From: a virus
Reading direction: 5' to 3' (one strand)
DNA length: 21,133 nt
IMG/VR virus record: IMGVR_UViG_3300020185_000302
The notes below the pieces were generated by a model. It was not told the DNA's origin, made no database searches, and worked only from the letters and a program-made list of their open reading frames with translations. This document shows positions 14,921 to 20,887 of this stretch, piece after piece (position 1 is the stretch's first letter; every line of letters starts with the position of its first letter). A program made the translations under genes and the position numbers.

Positions 14921-16221
14921 GTTATTCTTATTCTCATATTACCCGCATTTTGATACATACCGCCTAAGGGTACGCCCCCTGCTGCTGCAGCTATGTCATT
15001 AGCAAAGTTTAAGTTAGCGTAGTCATTCAATATAATACCATCAAACGCTTCCAATGTCTCTACATAGGTTGTGTAACTACTAACACCTGTTCTTCCACTA
15101 CAACCTAACATAATGGTACTATCAGTTCCACCAGTTATTTGTGAGGACTCAGAACCTATAATAACAGCTTTATTACTTTCGTTACCACTTTGTCCGTTAA
15201 TTTCACTATTTGAACTTAACATAATACCGTGTAAACCACCAACAATATTAGCAGTTCCCGAACCGTTGGTTTGTCTTACAAATGTATTATTTGAGTATAT
15301 TATTATAGAACCCTTGTCTGGATTAGTACCACTACCACTCTGACCATAGGCATATGTTCCCCATCCACCGATAATTGTTGTAGAATTCTTTGCTTCTGTG
15401 AATTCACTAGACATAACTAATGCGTCCTTTCCGTTTGCGAAATTATCTCTACCTCCAACAACAACAGCATGGCTACCATTAGTACTATTATTCTGACCAC
15501 CTAGTATTACGTTCCATTGTCCGCTAACATTATTAGTATTACCACCTATTATTCCTGAGTTAGCACCAGTAATAATATGATTAGTACCACCACCAATAAA
15601 TGACCTTCCTCCACTAACGTTGTGAGCATATCCACCAACTATAGCATTTTGGTCACCACTATTAATATCATTACCCGCACCAGCAAATACTCCATTATAA
15701 TTACCTCCCTTAACTTCACTTGTAAAACTAGTACCAGCAAGAATATTACCATATCCAGCACCTGAAATTTCACCCATACCTATTAAAATATTCCAGTAAC
15801 CATTATCTATTACACCTTGTAGTGTTCCCATTAATAAGTTACCACCTGTAGAGTTAGTAGATGATATTTTAGAGTTACTGTGTCCAGCAAATGCTCTATT
15901 ATTAGGGTGGTCTGTTATTGTAGTATTACCCTGTACCAAATTAAAAGTTTCATTTGCGTTAGAAACAAATACTTCACCTTCAATATTTAGTTTATCTATA
16001 TAAGTAGTACTACCCGATACACCTCTACTTGTTGGTGAGTATCCAGGAACTATACTATCTGTTGCGTCCCCTACCTGAAACGCTCCACCACCAACACCTG
16101 ATAAGAGTGTTGATAACTTTATTTTACTTGTTGTTGTCTCCCCACTATCGACAATGGCTAACAAATCATTATCTGTTATGCCAGTCTGTAGGGGAAGCTG
16201 TGGGATTGTTTTATTAGCCAT
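14917..16221 (-). CDS. Tail fibre protein with a Gly/Asn-rich repetitive beta-helix-like core.
   Basis: The N-terminus ANKTIPQLPLQTGITDNDLLAIVDSGETTTSKIKLSTLL is the common fibre attachment motif. Roughly aa 140-275 repeat a GGxxNxxSG-type unit (IVGGYAHNVSGG, FIGGGTNHIITGANSG, IIGGNTNNVSGQ, ILGGQNNSTNGS, VVGGRDNFANGK). The C-terminus reads NFANDIAAAAGGVPLGGMYQNAGNMRIRIT. Confidence 0.7.
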   Translation of the reverse strand: MANKTIPQLPLQTGITDNDLLAIVDSGETTTSKIKLSTLLSGVGGGAFQVGDATDSIVPGYSPTSRGVSGSTTYIDKLNIEGEVFVSNANETFNLVQGNTTITDHPNNRAFAGHSNSKISSTNSTGGNLLMGTLQGVIDNGYWNILIGMGEISGAGYGNILAGTSFTSEVKGGNYNGVFAGAGNDINSGDQNAIVGGYAHNVSGGRSFIGGGTNHIITGANSGIIGGNTNNVSGQWNVILGGQNNSTNGSHAVVVGGRDNFANGKDALVMSSEFTEAKNSTTIIGGWGTYAYGQSGSGTNPDKGSIIIYSNNTFVRQTNGSGTANIVGGLHGIMLSSNSEINGQSGNESNKAVIIGSESSQITGGTDSTIMLGCSGRTGVSSYTTYVETLEAFDGIILNDYANLNFANDIAAAAGGVPLGGMYQNAGNMRIRIT

Positions 16222-16230
16222 TTTTATTTA

Positions 16231-16533
16231 TTAATTTAAATCTACTATCACAACTGAATAACCTCTAGCTTCCAATTGTGTTTTTATGAATTCGTTTGAG
16301 AATAGTAGTATATCACTACCGTCAACCGTTCTGTCGTATGGTGCGTATGCTGGAAATCCATCTAATTCAACTTGAGGTGCTCCACTATCATACGCTTCTT
16401 TATTTGAGTAGAATGATGGTGAACATATTACCTTGTCACCATCTACTACTAAATTTGCTTCAGTTCTACCATATAATGATGGTACTGCTATACCTGATGG
16501 TAAAACTATGTTACCTGTTACTTCTAATGCCAT
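16231..16533 (-). CDS. 100-aa hypothetical protein.
   Basis: ATG start and compact placement between two structural genes. No homology was recognised. Confidence 0.55.
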   Translation of the reverse strand: MALEVTGNIVLPSGIAVPSLYGRTEANLVVDGDKVICSPSFYSNKEAYDSGAPQVELDGFPAYAPYDRTVDGSDILLFSNEFIKTQLEARGYSVVIVDLN

Positions 16534-16564
16534 TTTGTTTTTGTTTTTATTTTAATTTATTTGT

Positions 16565-18403
16565 TTATAAGGGGAACCAATCTATAAAGTCCCCACCTTG
16601 AGTTATTATTAAGTCACCATTCTGTGCTTCTATGTGATAGAATATAGGTGATGGTGTTGGAGTCGGAGTAGTAGTCTGAGTAGGTGTTGGTGTTACAGTC
16701 GGAGTTACAGTAGTTGTTGGTGTTACAGTATTAGTTGGTGTAACAGTTATTGATGGGGTAGCCGTAATAGAAGGTGTAGCTGTAACCGATGGGGTTACGG
16801 TAGAAGTTACACTCGGAGTTACCGTTGGTGTCGTAGTATTTGTAGGGGTCGGTGTTGGAGTTGCACATACACCATAAACTATACTATCACCTGCAGTGTT
16901 CGATATTGGTACAAGATATCCACAATTACCTTCAACGGGGAATAAACCACCCTGACCACCAGTACTCCATGTAGCACTGTTAGTTGCACTTACTCCACAA
17001 CTTATATCTTTAGCTGTACCACCTGTATCATATAGTAATCCAAAGAATGCATATTCAAATCCACCACTAACTGCATTTGCAAATACTTTTCTGTTATTCT
17101 TATTAACCCATAAGGTTTGACTTGTATAACCAGTACATACTATTGTATTAGTTGCAATTTCTGAGAAGTTAGATATTAATTCATATTCACCGTTTACATC
17201 CCATGAGTTACCTGCACCATCTTGTACTAAGTTATCCCCTGCACCTCCACCTGCTGTTAATGTTAAGCAATCGGTAGGTTCAACGAAACAACTCGGTGTT
17301 GGTGTAATAGTCGGAGTAATGGTAGGTGTTACAGTATTTGTTGGAGTTATACTTGGAGTCGGTGTTGGACTTGGTGCTATAGGACTTGGAGTCACAGTTG
17401 TTGTCGGTGTGACAGTTGGGGTAGGAGTATTAGATGGTGGTGGTACAGGTGCCGCAGTTGGAATAGGTTTAGGGTCAGTACAATCAGTTTTAAAGATATA
17501 TACATTACCCGTTCTATCTTCACTATTGTTAGGGTCAAATGTTTTTATCCACCCCTCAGTTGGTAATATCCATCCATTATCATTTGTTGTTGGTGCGTAT
17601 GATACAGCATTGGTAACAGAATTAAAGAGTGAACCTTGTTTAGCTCCACATTCAAATGTAGTTCCATCAACAGAATACCAATTATAATAACCACTTAAAT
17701 TATTAATAGGACTATTAGGGTAACCTGTATCAAAATAAGACATTATTGGATAAACAGGGTCGCTACCAGATAACTTAACTTCAGTACTAATATAATATCC
17801 ATACCTTGTATCACATATCCATTTAAAGTAATCTACTTCACTAGTTGAATATTCATCTTCTACATACTTCCAATAACCCCATCCACCAAACTTATAGGTG
17901 GTATTATATTGGTCTACATTGGTTTTATTATAATCTCTTGCAACTAAACAATAATTAGGGTCGGCTATAGGTGCACTACATGCATCCATTATAGTTGGGT
18001 AGGTTACAGTTATATTACAACTTGCACCTACCACATCATCTTGAAATCGTTCTTTAAAGGGGGTAAAGGTAAACGGTTGTTGTATCTCTACTAATGGGTC
18101 AATCAATGTGTTGTTAACACGTCCGATAAGGTCTCTTAGGTTATCGATACAATCTGATTGATTTCTAATTACACTTTCTTCATCATCGTTAGACTGAGTC
18201 ATACAGATGAGGTTAAATGTAAAGGTGCTGACTCTATCCCCACCGGTAACACTTATGGGGTTTATAAAGACATATGGATAGTATGGTGACTTCTCATTAT
18301 CAGGGGTTGATATATCAGATATATCACCATAACCAAACTCATTAATAAAAAAGTGTCCTTGAGCTTTTTGTTTAAATATGTCTATTATTTCTTTGTAAGT
18401 CAT
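16565..18403 (-). CDS. Modular 612-aa virion-module protein. It comprises an N-terminal domain, Pro/Thr linker 1, a Cys-rich module, Pro/Thr linker 2 and a short C-terminal peptide.
   Basis: ATG at 18403. Linker 1 covers aa 311-371 and linker 2 covers aa 514-586. The middle module (aa 372-513) has six Cys. The first ~140 aa (YYPYVFINPISVT...FTFNLICMTQ...SDCIDNLRDLIG) faintly resemble tail-terminator/completion proteins. That resemblance is a weak impression only. Confidence 0.7.
   Translation of the reverse strand: MTYKEIIDIFKQKAQGHFFINEFGYGDISDISTPDNEKSPYYPYVFINPISVTGGDRVSTFTFNLICMTQSNDDEESVIRNQSDCIDNLRDLIGRVNNTLIDPLVEIQQPFTFTPFKERFQDDVVGASCNITVTYPTIMDACSAPIADPNYCLVARDYNKTNVDQYNTTYKFGGWGYWKYVEDEYSTSEVDYFKWICDTRYGYYISTEVKLSGSDPVYPIMSYFDTGYPNSPINNLSGYYNWYSVDGTTFECGAKQGSLFNSVTNAVSYAPTTNDNGWILPTEGWIKTFDPNNSEDRTGNVYIFKTDCTDPKPIPTAAPVPPPSNTPTPTVTPTTTVTPSPIAPSPTPTPSITPTNTVTPTITPTITPTPSCFVEPTDCLTLTAGGGAGDNLVQDGAGNSWDVNGEYELISNFSEIATNTIVCTGYTSQTLWVNKNNRKVFANAVSGGFEYAFFGLLYDTGGTAKDISCGVSATNSATWSTGGQGGLFPVEGNCGYLVPISNTAGDSIVYGVCATPTPTPTNTTTPTVTPSVTSTVTPSVTATPSITATPSITVTPTNTVTPTTTVTPTVTPTPTQTTTPTPTPSPIFYHIEAQNGDLIITQGGDFIDWFPL
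16646..16864 (-). repeat. Low-complexity coding repeat (Pro/Thr/Val/Ser linker 2).
   Basis: It encodes TPTPTPTNTTTPTVTPSVTSTVTPSVTATPSITATPSITVTPTNTVTPTTTVTPTVTPTPTQTTTPTPTPSP. The DNA is a degenerate ACN-CCN/GTN periodic repeat. Confidence 0.85.
17291..17473 (-). repeat. Low-complexity coding repeat (Pro/Thr linker 1).
   Basis: It encodes PKPIPTAAPVPPPSNTPTPTVTPTTTVTPSPIAPSPTPTPSITPTNTVTPTITPTITPTPS. Confidence 0.85.
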
Positions 18404-19079
18404 TCTTCTTTAATTGTTCTTGCTCTTTCTCCATTTTATCTTTGTTCCATGCTAACCAATTAAACGCGGATATTAATGGTTTATCAGTAACCTTATCTAT
18501 ATATAAAAACTTCCCTTCTGCAAGAGTTAGTATGATGTCATACCATATTCTTTTTATATCTACAGTGGTTGTATCTTTTTCTACTTTGAGGTATTCTCCG
18601 TCTTCGTCTGTACCAAATAAGTTAGTGTAATTCTTATATAGATTGTTCCTGTAATCAATGAATGTATTTATACCACCCCATACTCCACTTATCTTAACCT
18701 CATCGGTAACATCAATACCCCATAGTGTTTCTATCAGTTTATCTATACCTTTGTTGATACCATCAGATAGGTATACTTCCAAATCTATAAACTTACCTAA
18801 GGTGAGTCCGTTTAGATTGATGTAGTCACCCCCCATATAATCTTTGTTTAGTTTACTATCTTGTGGATATAACATCACACTGATAAAAGCTATAAGTAAT
18901 TCAACGGTCTTATCAGGTATTATATCAACCTCATCGTAGTCAATCTTAAATGCTACTGATATAATCTTCTTATGGTTGAAGGGGATTGATATATCGTATT
19001 TGGTTATCTCTTTCCAATGACTTATTGTGAAGTCCTCAGGTAATTGATATTCTGTATCTTTGATAACTAAACTATACAT
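18372..19079 (-). CDS. 235-aa hypothetical protein directly downstream of the large terminase.
   Basis: ATG start. It overlaps the next gene by 32 nt. No family was recognised. Confidence 0.6.
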   Translation of the reverse strand: MYSLVIKDTEYQLPEDFTISHWKEITKYDISIPFNHKKIISVAFKIDYDEVDIIPDKTVELLIAFISVMLYPQDSKLNKDYMGGDYINLNGLTLGKFIDLEVYLSDGINKGIDKLIETLWGIDVTDEVKISGVWGGINTFIDYRNNLYKNYTNLFGTDEDGEYLKVEKDTTTVDIKRIWYDIILTLAEGKFLYIDKVTDKPLISAFNWLAWNKDKMEKEQEQLKKNDLQRNNRHI

Positions 19080-19092
19080 GTAATTAAATATA

Positions 19093-20319
19093 TTATTTTA
19101 TCCAACTGTAACTCCCCTTTTTCCTCATTGTCTTTCTTGCGTAGTTAGCTATCGCTAATGACATAACACAGTCATCATGTAACCCCTGAGGTGAACCATA
19201 CTTTACGGCTCTTGTCTTTTGTGAATACTCATAAGTGAATGATTGTAATTCGTTATATAAAGGACCAAATAACTTCTGTGAAGGTATGGATATGTTCCCT
19301 TCGTTAAAGTCCAATATCAACCCCTCTATTATCTCCTGTTTGGATTTATTTGTTGTAACGAAGGGGTCAGTCTTATTGTATCTTTTCTTTACCTGTTCAT
19401 AGATTACATCACCTATACTATTTGCTTCAATCAATACATGACAATTACTTTCTTTAGCTAAGTCGACAATATCATTGATGATGAAGTTCCACTCCTGTTG
19501 TCTTGCTCTATACATCTCTATTACCTGACCTTCCTTATCCATTAATGTACATACGGTAAAGTCTTCTTGTCTACCTAAGTCAACACCCATATATATTGTC
19601 CCTTGTGATATGGGGTAATGGTCAAAGGTTTTTATATTACTAAATACAGTTCCTCCCCCCTCAATGAAGTCAGCTAAATACTCTTGTTTGTAGATATTCT
19701 CAGGTAGTGTCTTTCTACTATCTTCTATCTCCTTAAGGTCTGCGTATGGATTGTCCATTGAGGTTCCCTTATAACTTTTATACTCTTCGTGAGCATCGGA
19801 TAGTCCCATCTGATATAATCTATAGAACCAGTTCTTACCCTTAGGGGTTGATAAGAATAGACACTTCTTTCCCCTTACTAATAACGTAGGTTTTATTGCT
19901 TCGTTGAATGCCTCTTCTTTTATGAATGCAGCCTCATCAATAATACAGTAATCAACAGTGTAACCCCTTATGTTGTCATATCGTTCTGCACTTCTGAAGA
20001 TTATTTCACTCCCGTTCTTTAGGGTTATTATGTTCTCACTGTAATTACATTGGTCTACAATACCGGTATCTACAATGGACTTGAATAGTTCCTTCTGTAC
20101 TTTGGTGGTTTGACTATAAACGGGTGAGACCCATAAGATGGTCGTAAGGGGATTATTAATAGACCAGTCAAGGACTAAGTTCATTGCTAGTAAACTCTTT
20201 CCTGATTGTCTTCCTATTGCAACTACGTGATACTTATGAGGACTCCGTATCCCCTGTATAATTTCCTGTTGCTTCTTCGTCGGGGTTATCCCTATCAGTT
20301 GTTGGTTCTCCAAAATCAA
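19093..20319 (-). CDS. terL: Terminase large subunit.
   Basis: The ATPase motifs are Walker A AIGRQSGKS, Walker B DYCIIDEAAF and coupling motif LSTPKG. The nuclease acidic motifs are MGVDLGRQEDF, LIEANSIGD and GLHDDCVMS. There is no in-frame ATG before Walker A, and the track start is TTG (20319-20317). Confidence 0.9.
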   Translation of the reverse strand: MILENQQLIGITPTKKQQEIIQGIRSPHKYHVVAIGRQSGKSLLAMNLVLDWSINNPLTTILWVSPVYSQTTKVQKELFKSIVDTGIVDQCNYSENIITLKNGSEIIFRSAERYDNIRGYTVDYCIIDEAAFIKEEAFNEAIKPTLLVRGKKCLFLSTPKGKNWFYRLYQMGLSDAHEEYKSYKGTSMDNPYADLKEIEDSRKTLPENIYKQEYLADFIEGGGTVFSNIKTFDHYPISQGTIYMGVDLGRQEDFTVCTLMDKEGQVIEMYRARQQEWNFIINDIVDLAKESNCHVLIEANSIGDVIYEQVKKRYNKTDPFVTTNKSKQEIIEGLILDFNEGNISIPSQKLFGPLYNELQSFTYEYSQKTRAVKYGSPQGLHDDCVMSLAIANYARKTMRKKGSYSWIK

Positions 20320-20584
20320 ATACTACTTTTCTTAATGGTTTATCCTCTCCTCCTGAGAGTTCTGTTCTTTGTAGTTTAGGAAGTATAAAGTCTGAGTATC
20401 TTTCTACAATTGATAATGCTTTCTCAGGGTTTTCTTTTGCAACTTGCTTTAACCACTTCTGAATGTCAGGTAACGATGACTCTATCAGAGCTTGGAATGC
20501 AAGTCTAATCTCTTCTGTGGTTTTGTTTACTGACCCCTTCTTACGTCCTTTGGGGTTTCCTGATTGTCCTTTCTTAAATGGCAT
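20234..20584 (-). CDS. DUF5681-type protein, putative terminase small subunit.
   Basis: The N-terminal FKKGQSGNPKGRKKGSVNK motif is characteristic of DUF5681 phage proteins found upstream of terL. ATG start. The 3' end overlaps terL by 86 nt. Confidence 0.65.
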   Translation of the reverse strand: MPFKKGQSGNPKGRKKGSVNKTTEEIRLAFQALIESSLPDIQKWLKQVAKENPEKALSIVERYSDFILPKLQRTELSGGEDKPLRKVVFDFGEPTTDRDNPDEEATGNYTGDTESS

Positions 20585-20602
20585 TACTGGTAATTGTTGT
20601 TA

Positions 20603-20887
20603 TCAATAAATATAATTTTCTAATAGGTTGTCAAACCAGGCGTCTATATTGTAGTATTTACTATTACTAACACTACCATCATTTAACATATCATCACTAA
20701 CCAATAGATTAGCGGGGAACCTACCTTTAGTATCTCCATATATTTTAGTTTTATTATGTAGATTAAATATACTATTACCATTACCTCCATAACCATTACC
20801 ATATTTCTCAATATGCTCTTTTAACCCGTCATCTACAAATGGTATTCTACAATCGTCAAACCAACTTATACCTTTAGAATAATTCAC
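20603..20887 (-). CDS. 94-aa ORF encoding a methyltransferase-family middle module that the adjacent methyltransferase lacks.
   Basis: The sequence reads GISWFDDCRIPF...KGRFPANLLVSDD...SKYYNIDAWF. It matches the NIDxCRI / GRWPxNV / RFF segment normally embedded in this methyltransferase family. The start is GTG at 20887, 14 nt inside the methyltransferase 3' end. There is no ATG start. Confidence 0.55.
   Translation of the reverse strand: MNYSKGISWFDDCRIPFVDDGLKEHIEKYGNGYGGNGNSIFNLHNKTKIYGDTKGRFPANLLVSDDMLNDGSVSNSKYYNIDAWFDNLLENYIY
20607..20635 (-). promoter_or_regulatory. Promoter-like element P3 upstream of the packaging/structural operon (TTTGACA, then TATATTTA).
   Basis: On the minus strand, TTTGACA lies at 20635-20629 and TATATTTA at 20614-20607. 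There are 17 nt between TTTG and the box, and the box is 22 nt from the TerS-like ATG. The spacing is shorter than in P1 and P2. Confidence 0.3.

Noticed and set aside
16646-17473. Tandem-looking DNA repeats as a CRISPR array or satellite.
   Set aside because: They are in-frame degenerate codon repeats that encode Pro/Thr linkers inside one long ORF. There is no repeat-spacer periodicity.
5154-18630. Fourteen plus-strand ORFs in the track: 5154..5336, 5360..5593, 6848..7159, 8613..8837, 9400..9666, 9630..9941, 9987..10391, 11247..11498, 14733..15002, 15113..15343, 16029..16217, 16296..16601, 17319..17687 and 18442..18630.
   Set aside because: Each lies entirely antisense to a longer minus-strand gene with recognisable function or coupling. 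Their products are low-complexity (Leu/Ser/Phe/Val-rich), as expected for shadow frames of AT-rich genes. For example, 17319..17687 is simply the mirror of the Pro/Thr linker. None has its own promoter, terminator or spacing.
19085-19092. TATATTTA copy in the terL/235-aa spacer (and another at 20764-20771 inside ORF94) as promoters.
   Set aside because: The first is only 5 nt from the downstream ATG, and the second is inside coding sequence. Chance occurrence in AT-rich DNA is the likelier explanation.
20234-20325. Programmed frameshift fusing the DUF5681 protein to TerL.
   Set aside because: The required shift is +1, and I see no recognisable shift-prone site. There is no slippery heptamer for -1, which would lead to the wrong frame anyway. 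A TTG start is the simpler explanation. The overlap is kept as a low-interest finding only.
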